From assembly GCA_964016885.1 (NCBI GenBank), contig OZ024743.1, positions 17,732,001 to 17,796,000 on the forward strand: a stretch of 64,000 bases of DNA, in the 5' to 3' direction. Below, piece by piece: positions 10,245-23,884 of the stretch (position 1 is the first letter of the stretch; every line of letters starts with the position of its first letter). The stretch comes from Eledone cirrhosa (taxonomy: Eukaryota). Under the pieces are notes generated by a model. That model was not told the origin of the DNA and made no database searches. It saw only the letters and a list, made by a program, of their open reading frames with translations. The translations under genes and the position numbers were made by a program.

Positions 10245-11021
10245 TTTGAGTCTCAGTCAGTGATGTTAGTTAACTGGAAAGTTTGTTGAAATTAATATCA
10301 AGCCACTACCTGCAGCCTCAGATATTCAGGACGTATTGGAGGGTTCCTGCTGTTCCCAGCAAGCATGCCTTTTGAAGCGTTCCAAAAAGCGTGAAGGGGC
10401 CAATTTTCTTTAACTATCCCTGGAAACTTTTGGAGATAGTCCCTAGTGCGCCTTTGACTTCATGGCAGTTCCAAATCCTTTTTACCTCCCACTTTAAGTC
10501 CTGGTATCGGTTAATTTTCTCCCTCTCCTTCTCTTGCACTCTCGTGTCGAATGGGCAGGCCACATCCACAATCAGGCACGATATATTTTCTTTGTCCACA
10601 ACCACCAGGTCAGGTCTATTGTGTTCCAGTTTCTTGTCCGTCTGTATCCTTAAATCCCACAGCACCTTCACCTGATCGTTTTCTATCACCGACTCTGGCT
10701 TATGCTCATACCACTTCTCAGAATGTGGTAACTAGTTTACTTTGCATAGGTGCCAGTGGATCACCCTGCCCATCACATCATGTCTCCAGCCCTTAAAGTG
10801 AGTGTGGGCTAGGTGTTTACACTCGGATACAATGTGAGCCACAGTCTCCTGTCTCTCTCTCCACAGATCCTGCACAGTGGGCTAGCCTTCCCCCTTGTAA
10901 ATATGGTGTTTCAGCCACTTCGTTTTGAGGGCCTGCTCCTGCGCAGCCATTAACATTCCTTCTGTAGCCTTTTTAAGGTCTCCTCTTTTCAACCAGTTCC
11001 ATGTATGTGGATCTCTAAATT
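10243..11021 (-). mobile_element. 5'-truncated copy of the same Dong-like family (CCHC + RLE + 3' UTR)
   Basis: Aligns with 5687-6480, has an 18-bp deletion at ~10453, and has (TAA)n on both sides. Confidence 0.93.
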
Positions 11022-11028
11022 ATTATTA

Positions 11029-11082
<54 letters not shown>

Positions 11083-11084
11083 GC

Positions 11085-11140
<56 letters not shown>
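11022..11140. repeat. Compound (TTA)n(GTA)n microsatellite
   Basis: Direct runs. Confidence 0.95.
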
Positions 11141-11141
<1 letters not shown>

Positions 11142-11877
11142 TGCTCCTGTTGTTGTCGTTTTTGTTTTAATTATCAACTGTTTATATTTCTTTGTTAATT
11201 CAAATTAGACGATGTTGCGAAAGAACGCAATGGCCTGTAATGCGTTTACAACATTCACAAATTTAGAATATACAATCGATTTACTTTCCGTACATGAACA
11301 ATCATTTCTAGTCAAGAAAAATTCATATGTGAGAAAACATGTAAACAAATAGTTGAAACAAACCAAGAATGGCATAATGAGTGTAAAGTAATAAAATGTT
11401 GATATTTGAAGAAACAAATGGAAAATGTCAGCATTAACGAGAATTTAAAAGTCAACAACACTGGACATTTATGATGAGTTTGCATGTCAAGTCTTGCAAA
11501 CAATGAGGAAATATTGAATCAGTAAATATGGTAAATGGAAAAAAAGACATAAACATTTTCTCTAATAACTAGGTTGAAATGAGTGGACATACTTCACCAC
11601 ATATATCATGTGACGGACATGCATTACAATCTTTGAATTATGCGTTATTTACAGCATAGGAATATTTCAGGCACGTCCACACTTTGTTTTTACCTTAGCA
11701 TGGTATTCTATGACATTTCATCTCCTTAGAAAATATGCACATGTGAAAGATGACATTTTATAAAGTATTAACAGCCACAGTAAAACACACGCAAACATAT
11801 ACATACATGGCCACAACCACACACACACACATCCGCACTATCATACACTAATACATACATATGTATATGTATATATA

Positions 11878-11910
<33 letters not shown>

Positions 11911-11915
<5 letters not shown>

Positions 11916-12111
11916 AACCGGTAAGACCCCGACGGCTGAGCTCAAGCCGTTTCGACGGCTAATTCTGGACTCAGAGTCCAGAATTAGCCGTCGAAACGGC
12001 TTGAGCTCAGCCGTCGGGGTCTTACTGGTTCCTATTACCCACTCTACTACCCCAAGTATTGAGTACTTTGGTGCGTTATGGTCCACCTGGTTCCTTACCA
12101 CATTTCCTTCG

Positions 12112-12113
<2 letters not shown>
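11911..12113. repeat. Small fold-back element in (TA)n (half-hammerhead family, copy 1)
   Basis: Palindrome with 62-bp arms centred on 11973 (one mismatch), plus a ~78-bp tail shared with 26645-26780 and 33337-33500. Confidence 0.9.
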
Positions 12114-12186
<73 letters not shown>

Positions 12187-13429
12187 TATGTGTGTGTGTG
12201 TGTAAGTTTACGTGTGTGGATGTATACATAAACTGATACACTCGTAAGTGAGTGATCGTGCATGTATTGGTGTGCCTGTATTTATAATTTAATATATATA
12301 TATATATAATTTACATATTGCTTATACATTTGAAATAGAATTTATTATTCACTTTATCTGAAATGCAGAAGCAAATGCATACAGAACAATAAAGGCACAC
12401 TCCTACATATATCTACTGGGATATGACATTATCACAATTATTTTTTTCATGTCATATAATAAAGGCAGTTTATTTTATTCTTATATTTAGTCGATTTTTA
12501 ATCCATTTTTCTATTCTTCGGCATGTTATGTCAATATCTCAAAGAACATACTGTCATAATTTGCAGTAAGCTCTATGAATGTGAATGTATAGCAAGAAAG
12601 TACTATGCTGGTCAGAAAATTATATCCAATAGCATAACATAAGTCTGAATTATAATGTCCCAATCCTAATACATAATACGAAGATTATATCGTATTTGGA
12701 ATGATATAACTTGCTATTTCGATTTATTTGCGTTTATTTTAAGTTCATACGGCACATGGTTGAACACAATATTTCTGATGTGATCTGTGCTGCAAATGAT
12801 GAAGAGGGTGTCGCGAAAAATATCAAGTGATATCCAGTAGATCAAAAGAATGGATCACTTTCTTCACTTTGATGTGCCTGCATCGTGATTCGATGAAGAT
12901 ACACAGCATAATAGGGGAACTCACGCTATTGATCGGTACACATTTCATCTGTAATGCTTGTTAAATTACCATCATTTCCTTTGATATTCTGCAGGATGCA
13001 CCCTTCGTGTCTATGTCAGAAGATATAAGTTTTGCAATGGGGAAATTGTCTCGACAATAGATGTCCACAATGACTGAGCTTGCTTTCTGAGTGACTAAAC
13101 CGTTATCCCTCTTCGTTAATTAGAATATATGTGAACTACGTCTTACCGGGTGGATCAGCATGGTGCACACACATACATACGCACACACACACATACACAC
13201 AACACACACACACGCATGTATATATATATATGTATAAACCACGCATTTACTAGAGCCGTCAAATCGCTACTCTTTGATTTAGCGAATCTAAGAAAACCGA
13301 ATCAGGATGAAGGCATTGCGAGGCAGAAAGAGATTCATTGCTGATATACTGGATATCACTTGCGCATGTTCGTCTTTTGGCCAATAATACGTATTATTGT
13401 ACACAGTGAATTAAACTCTTTTTATTACT

Positions 13430-13606
13430 GGCAGTATTGGTAGAGGGTTGGACGCCATGCTTTGACGCATAGAGTTACGGCCCTTGCCATTCTGAGTTCA
13501 AATCCTGCCGAGTTTAACTTTGCCTTTCATCCTTACGGTGTCGATAACATAAAGTACCAGTAATACGCTGGGTGATTGCTGGCCTTGTGCCAACAGTAGA
13601 AACTAT
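13430..13606 (+). mobile_element. SINE family 1
   Basis: Matches 2168-2352 throughout. Confidence 0.9.
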
Positions 13607-13785
13607 TTGTATTACTGGTATTCTGCGAAAAAGTGAAGCACTATTACTATTGTAGTAATCATTCTTCTTCTTCTTCTTCTTCTTCTTAAACTACATCATA
13701 GCATTTTAAAAGCGATGTAATTTTGAAGGATATGAAATACGTTGATGTCAATGCGTAAGGAGAGTGTTTTAGGAACATTTGGTAA

Positions 13786-14372
13786 TAATTGTTTCTACTT
13801 TTGACAGAAGGTCAGCAATTATCCCAGTGTATTACTGGTACTTTATTTTATCGACCCCGTAAGGATGAAAGGCAAAGTTAACCTCGGCGCGATTTGAACT
13901 CATATCATAAAGGGCCGTAACTCTTTGCTGCAAAACATGGCGTCCGACCCTCTACCGATACACCCACTACCGATTCTGCCAATCCACACTAATAAGTGTT
14001 TTTACTTTTCGCACAAGGCCAGCAAATACCCAGTACATTACTGGTACTTTATTTGATCGACCTCGTAAGGATGAAAGGCAACTTAACCTTGGTGGGATTT
14101 GAACTCAGAACATAAAGGGCCGTAACTCTTTGCTGCAAAGCATGGTGTTCGACCCTCTACCGATACTACCAATATAATTGTTTCTACTTTTGGCACACGG
14201 CCAGCAATTATCCAGTGCATTACTGGTACTTTATTTTATCGACACCGCAAGGATGACAGGCAAAGTTAACCTCGGCAGGATTAAACTCATAATGGCAAGG
14301 GTCGTAACCCTATGCGTCAAAGCATGTCAAAGCATGTCGTCCGACCCTCTACCGATACTGCCAATCCACCGA
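13786..14372 (-). mobile_element. Three head-to-tail SINE family 1 copies (~13786-13990, 13993-14172, 14175-14372)
   Basis: Each contains tgttt(c/t)tactttt...tcgac...cgtaaggatga...tgaactc...cgaccctctaccgatac. Confidence 0.9.
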
Positions 14373-15412
14373 TGATTGTAAAGAAGCAAAATTTTAAATA
14401 TCACGATATTTGATGATAAGTGGAATAGGTTTACATAATGTATACATAACTGTATATATAAATCTTGCTAACAAACATATATAAACATTTTACAAAGTGG
14501 TGGCATGTAACACATTCCTGTTCGATGCCTTAACATTATATTAGCTTATACGTCTGTGAGCAATATTGATATTGCAGCAAGGAACTGCTTATATGTAGGG
14601 TAAAATGTGGCCTGTATCTTTCGTTTATTAAACTAGTAATAAAGAAGACTCGGTTCAATGGAATACATTTGATATGTTCCACGGACATATGTGATATATT
14701 GTAATTTCCATTGAAATAATAATATTGCATTGATAATCAACATGAGGACAAACATAAGAGGATTGAATATTTCAGATAGGATGCAATTACACAAATCTAT
14801 GAAAGTAAATAAATACGAAGAAAATATAAAATAGAAAGCCAAGAAAATTCACAATTGGAAATAGAAAATTATCTTTATCGTAATAAACAAAAAGTCCGAT
14901 AAAAATTATTGGTGTCCTGTGATCGGATTTACATTAAACATCCTTTAGTAGTACATACATAGATGTATTCAACACAATTTGAGATAGAAAATTGTCATGA
15001 ACTCCAATTAAAAGAAGTGATGAGTGTTTGAGTGAGAAGGAAAGAGGGGCAGAAATTTGGCAACACCATTGATTAAAAAATACTTACTATATTTGCTATA
15101 ATCCAGGGTACGAAGAGTACAATGGATCAAACTTTAAGTGGCTAATGTTATAGATAAAAAGAGATGAAAGTGTGTTATACATTTGATATAATATACCAGA
15201 TGAAAGTTATATGGAGGCCAAGGAAGGCCATGTTAGAATGAGGAAAAGTATTTGCTAGATTGGCTCAAATAACTTATTGAATAGCAACAACGCAGTATAT
15301 ATAATGACTAATGTTTGATTGACAGCATCGTTGTGTGTCCTTTAAGATCTTATTTTAAGGTTTCCAACGAAATCAGGTTGGATATGTTGAACGTATTTGC
15401 ATAACTTATCGG

Positions 15413-15480
15413 ACTCAATACCTCTGAAATCGAGCGATAACTAAACACGTTTCTTTAAATGCTGAGTGATTAGCATGAGG

Positions 15481-15524
<44 letters not shown>

Positions 15525-15588
15525 CCTCATGCTAATCAGTCAGCATTTCAAGAAATGTGTTTAGTTATCGCTCGATTCAGAGGTATTA
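15413..15588. repeat. ~70-bp inverted repeat with a (TA)n spacer
   Basis: aatacctctgaaatcgagcgataactaaacac...gattagcatgaggtatg (TA)n catacctcatgctaatc...gtgtttagttatcgctcgattcagaggtatt. Confidence 0.9.
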
Positions 15589-15677
15589 AGAAAGAGGGAG
15601 AGAGAGATAGAGAGAGAGATAGAGAAAGAGATAGATAGATAGATAAATAGATATATATATAGAGAGAGGGAGAGAGG

Positions 15678-15751
<74 letters not shown>

Positions 15752-15822
15752 AATGGCTTCTACAGGACTAGAACTGCTACTGTGGTTTCCCCATATTGAA
15801 CCCAGGATAAAAATAAAAATAA

Positions 15823-15885
<63 letters not shown>

Positions 15886-16707
15886 TATATGCAAATGTGC
15901 ATATACATGTATATGTTCGTGTTTGCATGTGTGTTTGTGTGTAGTAATGCCTTGAGAAAAATTCGAAATATCAAGGACGATCAATCTCAGGCTGACCGTA
16001 TCTGGGATATCATCATAACTACCCTAAGAAAAGCCGATAGGATCTCTAGCTCACCAACAAATTCATGAAGATCATTGCACGTACACATACGTTAGAACAA
16101 AAACAACCTTGCAATAATAAAAGTAATAATTCTACGTTAATATATTACACTACTCATACACCTAATCCTATAACTCTATACTTCTTACTGCAAATAAATA
16201 AACAAACAACCATAGGGCAAATATGGAAACAATTACATAGAGGCCATAAAACAATCAAATGTTCCCAAATTATAATGAGAAAAACAGCAGCACTATTCAC
16301 ATATAAAATAATATATGATCTTCCTATCGTAAGAACAATAGTTGAACAATTCAGAATTGCATGGTATAATTTACGTTTCAATATTAAAAAGAAACAGAAA
16401 ACAATTCAGATGAAATAACGCTTACGTATTTGGGTCCAGTAAGGTTTAAGTGCAATCGCGCTGTTTAATCAGCACTCAAACATTACTGGAATTCTATGAA
16501 AATTCATCTTCTGTGACACTTGGCAGAAACGAAGGGGTAATAAGCGAGAAACAGAATTGTCGCTTACTCCGTTTTGCTTTTGCCGAGAATAAGTAAGTAA
16601 CATAGTCACTACTTTACAATTCATAGCAAATAGTCTTCAAAATGTTTTGAAACATACAGTATATTATCAAATACATTATAAAGACTTTCAAATATATATA
16701 TATATAT

Positions 16708-17305
16708 ATTGTTATACTTTGGTATGGTCATGTTGCCAATAAGAAACACACGCACCAGTTATTTTCACTTCAATTTATTATAATAAATTAAATTTATAAA
16801 TTTAGGAATTTATAAATTTCCGGTTGGTTGGTTGGTCGGTTCCACAACCAGATGATAGTTTATATATTGTCAAAGTTCTTTCGTCACACACTATGTGACC
16901 TCTTCAGTGACCTGTGATTCTTTTCTTTGTTTTTGTGCCTCTCCTTTGTTCTGTCCTATGCCATCTTGTTTTTGTGTGTATTGTGTGCTTAGTTTGGGCA
17001 TGTGTTACATCCGGCTGTCTGTGTGTGTTTATATGTGTTTATTTACATGTTACTGGGTGGTTGTTTGTTCTATGTGTGTGTGTGTTTTCATTTTGTCCTT
17101 AATTGTAAGTTTTGATGTTGCTGTTCCATTCATGATGTTCCATTTATAAATTCCTTAATTTATAAATTTAATTTATTATAATAAATTGAAGTGAAAGCAA
17201 CTGGTGCGTGTCTTTCTTATTGGCAACATGACCCTCCTAGAGTATGACAATATCGGTTTCAAGACACATTTTCAGATAAAGAAAGTTGCGAAACAAATTC
17301 AGAAA

Positions 17306-17308
<3 letters not shown>
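16708..17308 (-). mobile_element. PLE family A pseudo-LTR (minus, 16708-~17135) followed by an inverted copy of its terminal part (~17140-17308)
   Basis: Matches the 3' region of 59924-61770. Terminal ~110 bp present in both orientations. (TA)n on both sides. Confidence 0.88.
16869..16911 (-). ncRNA. Type I hammerhead ribozyme motif (PLE family A variant)
   Basis: Minus strand: GUCA CUGAAGA G GUCAC-auagugu-GUGAC GAAA G-aa-C UU UGAC. Confidence 0.7.
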
Positions 17309-17367
<59 letters not shown>

Positions 17368-17380
17368 GGAGACAGAAAGC

Positions 17381-17454
<74 letters not shown>

Positions 17455-17605
17455 ATACTTTGGGAGGGTCATGTTGCCAATAAGAAACACACGCACCAGT
17501 TGCTTTCACTTCAATTTAATTTAATATATATTTATAAATTTACAAATTTATAAATTTCTGGTTGGTTGGTTGGTTCCACAACCAGATAGTTGTTTATATA
17601 TATAT

Positions 17606-17650
17606 AGTCATAGTTCTTTCGTCACACACTCTGTGACCTCTTCAGTGACT
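17606..17650 (-). ncRNA. Type I hammerhead ribozyme motif (PLE family A)
   Basis: Minus strand: AGUCA CUGAAGA G GUCAC-agagugu-GUGAC GAAA G-aa-C UA UGACU. Confidence 0.8.
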
Positions 17651-17947
17651 GGGGATTTCTTTCTTCGTTTCTGTGCCTTTCCTTTCTTCTATCCTACGCC
17701 ATTTTGTTTGTGTGTGGGTTGCGTGCTCAGTTTGCGCATGCGCCACATCCGGGTGTCTGTGTGTGTTTGTGTTCATTTTTCTATTTTTCTATTTATATTT
17801 GTTTGTTTATTTATTTATTTATTGTTGGTTGGTTGTTTGTTCTATGTGTGTGTGTGTTTTCATTTTGTCTTGTGTGTGTTTTCATTTTATGTGTGTTTTC
17901 AATTGTAAGTTGTTTGTTCTATGTGTGTGTGTGTTTTCATTTTGTCC

Positions 17948-18481
17948 TTAATTGTAAGTTGTGATGTTGCTGTTCCACTCATATTTTCTATTTAATTTTG
18001 GTTTTAATTCTTTTATGCTTACTGCCTCTGTAATTTGCCTAAACATTGCGTCTTTCTTGTGTGTGGATTCTATTTTTATTTCTATGCTCTCTAATTTACC
18101 CCTGTGTTCTATCTTAGCATGTTGGTAGAGCACAGATGATTCTTTACTATCTTGGAGGTCTCGCCAGTGTTCATTTATTCGTTCCCCTATACTACGAGCT
18201 GTCTCACCTATGTACACTATATTTTTGTTTCTACATTGTCCTTCAGTACATCTTATGCTATATACTACATTTCTAGTTTTACAGTTAATATGGGGGCTTA
18301 TTTTACAGGTTATACATTTCTTATCTATACATGAGGGTCTTTGGAACGGGTATGTCTTGCTAATAAGTGTTTTTACGGAGGTACCAGGTCTTTCTACTAT
18401 CTTAATATTGAGATTATGTTTCTTTAGGGCCCTTCTAAATTTGTAGGCTAGTTCGCCTCTAGGTGTTGTATTGATGAACAT
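17948..18481 (-). pseudogene. GIY-YIG endonuclease domain of a PLE (fragment of a larger ORF)
   Basis: CIDKKCITC...VVYSIRCTEGQC...VYIGETARSIGERINEH...RQITEAVSIKELKPKLN. Confidence 0.88.
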
Positions 18482-18617
18482 TACACTCTGGTATTTATTG
18501 CTATCATACCATGAGTTTATTCTATTTATTGGCCTTGTTCTTAGTTCTTAGTTCTTTCTTTGGTGCGTGTGTTTCTTTCCTTGTTCTTAGTTCTTAGTTC
18601 TTTCAAATTCAGAAACG

Positions 18618-19072
<455 letters not shown>

Positions 19073-19497
19073 TTTATATATATATATATATATCTATATA
19101 TATATATATATATATACAACCTTTAATAAGCCATCTGCTTTCTGTCTCCTTTAATGTCATTACCTCACATCAAAACGAAACGATACTTATTGTGACAAAA
19201 ATTAACTGAAAATTTAACAAACACATTAAAGAACATAAACTGTTTTCACAATGCCAAATAAACGATTTTCATATCCTAATTGTATGTGTTTACTGAAATG
19301 TGATGAATATTCTGTCTACCCTGTAATTACCTTTTTATCGCTTTTGATTTCATTACGCTAATTTCGTTTCTGTTAATGTGATTATGACCTAAGATTAAAC
19401 ATGCCCCGAAGATGGATTCAGATGAGAACTAAGAAGCGTTACCATCACTATAATGTAAGAGGAATGCATCTGTAGATTTGATAACTTATAATTATAT

Positions 19498-19653
19498 ATT
19501 TTATCGACCCCGTAAGGATGAAAGGCAAGGTTAACTTCGGAGTTCAAATCCCGCCGAGGTTATCTTTGCCTTTCATCCTTACGGGGTCGATAAAACAAAG
19601 TACCAGTAATGCACTGCGTAATTGCTGGCCTTGTCCCAAATGTAGAAACAATT
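19498..19653 (+). mobile_element. SINE family 1, 5'-truncated with an inverted 5' segment (hairpin)
   Basis: ttttatcgaccccgtaaggatgaaaggcaaggttaacttcgg is followed by its reverse complement ccgaggttatctttgcctttcatccttacggggtcgataaaa. Confidence 0.88.
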
Positions 19654-22600
19654 ATATTGTCAAACATAAGAAAGCTATAACGAAATTGAATATCATTCAA
19701 TTTACACTGAAGAGGTAAAGAAAGAATTATATATAACATGTCTTCTGTTGATACGGAAATAATCTTGATAAAACTATATAAATACGGTAAAACAATAATA
19801 TTGAAGAAATCTTACAAAAATATATTATTAAATATTTTCACTAAGTGTGGTTTATATTGGATAAAAGCATCTGATATATCTGAACGCTCTCAAGAATACC
19901 TCTTGCAACTAGAATCATAATTCTACATACATTTATGCTCAACTCGCATTGCCGATGTAATATATGAAGATCCGTGTTGAACACTTGGATAATTTAATGC
20001 AAATTATGACATAAGACGGGAACAATTGTAAATAGAAGGGTAATATTTTAATTGTTGTTTCATCATAACAGCCACTTTCAATATGTCAATATTTATTAAT
20101 TAAATACAGGTCATTGATGTAAATAGTGTTATGCTACTTGAAAGAAATAAAATTCTTTCTGACGAGGGCGAATTCCGAAGTTATGCCTTCCATATTAATA
20201 CAGGACACTACATTAGAGTATGGCAATACCGCAAAGTGCTATCCTCCAAGGGATTGCCTCATGGACCTTGACGCCACCATTATCATCATTGAACTACATA
20301 TATCTTTAATGATAATTTCGACGGGGCTGGCTGACTAGTGAACATACTGGTGAGGTTCGATCGTCTAGGTGCGCGGGAAACAAATATATTTGCTCTACCA
20401 TCAGTGACGCTGGCTTCAAGGCGTCCGAGGCGGACATGAACCAACATTTCTAGTCTGCGCTGACAGTGTAAGTTGAAAATGGTTTCATTTTTCCCCAATA
20501 TGAAGTGCATGTTAACCTTCATATGTATCGTGTGTTAAATGGCCTGATACTGTCTCACTTGCACCAGTTCTGTTCCAGAAAGAAACCCGGCCCGATTCTG
20601 TTTGTGTTTGTGTACGTGCATGTTCTTTTATGTTTATTAATATATGAAAGTATAAAATTGCGGAGTAAATATGGTAGCATTGCCTTCGCGATGTGATATG
20701 TAAGGTGGATTGTATTGTTTTGGGTTGACACACGTGTAGCTGATATAATCACATCCACAATAAGCCTATGTTATTGTTGTACAAGTCATTAAGTTGCCCA
20801 TTAATATATTAGGAGGAATCGGAGGGGATATTATTTTATATGACCTAGTAATAACGCGATTGTTTCTACGTATCAATATGGGTAATCGTTATGTATGTTA
20901 TACAGATCGAATGCCCTGAGGCCTGTTAAATCAAAATCATATGAAACCGACATTTCATATCACGAATTCGTTGACAGCAGTATGAGAGCAACTAAACTAC
21001 ACTAAAATATACACAAAACTGTGTGAGTCGAAACATATATAATGTAAGATACTTTCTGTGTCAAATGCAATCTCAGTAAAATATTTGAAAGATAGTGTCA
21101 ATTGTATACGCAGGCACGTGCATGAATTTAGTGGAATATAATACAGTTGATCTGATCATAATCCACATGTATGCACTCTGCCACTGACGCATCGCATATA
21201 GAGCATAACCTCAACATACATTGCCTAAAGAAATTCAACACATTTTTGAGGACCATATAGTTCAGAAAGTTCATTTGGAATGTAGAAGAAATTCTATCAC
21301 AACGGTATATCTTTCCGATTATGAAACTATGCTCTTGTCAGTAAATATATAAGTTATCAATACAGTGCCCAATTTATTGGTGTTTATACGTAGGCATTTC
21401 ATTTTCTTCTCTAATCCAATCCGGAGATAAGCAATTTAACGAATATCATCCTTCTTCATTAAGGAAAGTCGTTTCAATATTTAGATGTAAGGTATATGCC
21501 AAAATTCTGCTTTTCTATTTGAAATATACAAAGTATATTTTAACTATCACTTAAATATGCCTCTGTAGCAGGAAATAAATGAAGTTAAAAGTTCCTCTGG
21601 TCAGAAGAACATGAGATATAAAATACAAAAGGCTAAATATTTATTCTGTTAAAATATTTTCACTAACATCCGCAACACAATTTCCAGATAGTTTTGCTCA
21701 TTGATAATGTACATTGAATGAAGGCCGAACATTTCAGCAGCAAATGAATGTTCTGTTGAAACGTATGAATACATGAATGAATATTTCATCAACCTATTTC
21801 GGATGAAAGGGAAAATCAACTTTACTGCAATTATTACTCACCACCTAGTGAAAATACGCCTTTGTCTATCAAAATATATTCATGTAGTAGTCCATTTTTC
21901 CATGCACAGGCTATATCTGCCCATGAATGAGAATAGTGGACATAGGATCTGTGAGTAAATTATTAGATTAGGTTTCTGTTTCGGTGAGCAGGCATCCAAC
22001 ACCCACATATTTGATTGCAGGCAGTGAATATTCCATTTAGATGTTAGCATGTGTAATAATATTCAAGAGAAATAAATGGAGATGATTCATTATTATATTC
22101 ATTATATGATATAAAGGCTTAGCAAACATATCAACGTCATAAAATCTCATATTTTATTCTTTAAAAACTTGACTATTTATTAATATGTGAAAATAAATAT
22201 ATCAATAATTCCAAAGCTATTCAGAATTGAAAAGCATTGAAATCATTCTGACATTAATTTGGAAACAATAAATTGTTATATTTTTCGTATTATGCCAAAT
22301 ACAGTATAAGATCGTATTCATAAAACCTTCGTTTTTTCAAAATATGGTTTTGTTGAGAAAATATATATTTCCATATATTCTAAAGACTTTTATTTAGTTA
22401 TGTACTTCTACAGGGATGAATTAATAACATGCATGTAACCACGAGAAGTATAATGTAATCATACAAAGAAGATTTAAACATAAGATATATTTGGTAAAAT
22501 TATCTTTATCAAACTGCTGATTTTTCTGTTCATTTATTTCTTTGCAATAAAAGTACAGAAACATATTTACAATAAAATAAATTATAATGTCAATCTTGAC

Positions 22601-22920
22601 TCAATATTTAGCCCGTAAAATTGTAGATGAATTAGAAAGTTCCTGTTTTATCCTTTAATTCACTACATAAAAATGAAAGTGGAATATCATGCGATACATA
22701 ATAGTTGCAGTTGGTGCTAATTTTGGAAAATATTCAATAATAAATTCGTAGAAGTTATATAAACGTCATATATTTAGTGATACATTATGCAAATGAGTGA
22801 ATGTAGAAATATACATGATTGCCCGTTTGCAATCTTTGTCTTCAATTTACTAGGGGAAAAGTAAACTGTACCATACAGTGATGAATATATATTACCCTGT
22901 AAAATAGTTTTCGGGTCAAT

Positions 22921-23052
22921 CTTCTTCTTCATCTTCTTCTTCTTCTTCTTCTTCTTCTTCTTCTTCTTCTTCTTCTTCTTCTTCTTCTTCGTTTTCTTCT
23001 TCTTCTTCTTCTTCTTCTTCTTCTTCTTCTTCTTCTTCTTCTTCTTCTTCTT
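22921..23052. repeat. (CTT)n microsatellite
   Basis: Direct run. Confidence 0.95.
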
Positions 23053-23848
23053 GTATAATATTTCAAATCTTTATGTATACATTTCATTTACCATTACAAT
23101 TCCATTATGTATCTTTTATTTGTTTAGTTATTTACCTGCCAACTTTTAACTTCTATTTCTTCATATTTACCCCAAAATATAATTTTTCTCATCTTTTCCC
23201 CATCCTCTCATAGAGACTAGAGTTTCTTTTCTATTTATTTTTCTTTGTACTACAAATCCTACCAATATCATCCTCGCCCTCTCTCTGTCTTGCTAACGCA
23301 TCTATTCAACTTTAAAATCTTACACCAACGCCGTCACATCGCCCACATCTCCACTAATAGGTGGCCAAAGCATCATTCCATCACCATCTCTACCAATTAG
23401 TGTACCTTACCATCTTTATTTCCTCTTGTCAATCCCTTTCTTTCTTCTAACATTTCCCCTCCCCTATTCCACATAATCACACATTTCTTCTCAGAAAACC
23501 ACCAATTACAATGAAAAACATTTGACGATCAAAACTAATGTATATTCGCTTAACGATGTAAGAGAATCTTCCTGTCATTACGATGGCAGAAGTTCGATCA
23601 TCTTTTGATTCCAAAGTGGGCCCAATCGAAACGGAGGGAGCCTTGAGTTGATAAATCGCGAAACCCGCGTCGTACGTCAATAAATGATTTCAAAATTTGA
23701 TATATCGTCCATATTATTATCATTATATATATATATATATATGTATATGTGTGTGTGTGTATGGTGTGTGTGTGTGTATATATGCGTGTGTGTGTGTATG
23801 TGTGTGCGTGTATGCGTGTGTGGGTGAGTGTGTTTATGCATGTATGAA

Positions 23849-23884
<36 letters not shown>

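Noticed and set aside
13786-14372. Regularly spaced repeats suggestive of a CRISPR array
   Set aside because: The units are ~190-bp SINE copies without unique spacers, the context is eukaryotic and there are no cas genes.
23635-23690. Hammerhead-like gat-aa-atcgc GAAAC ccgc GTC followed by aataaa, after a pyrimidine-rich stretch
   Set aside because: No CUGAnGA and no stem I; at most a heavily decayed pLTR.
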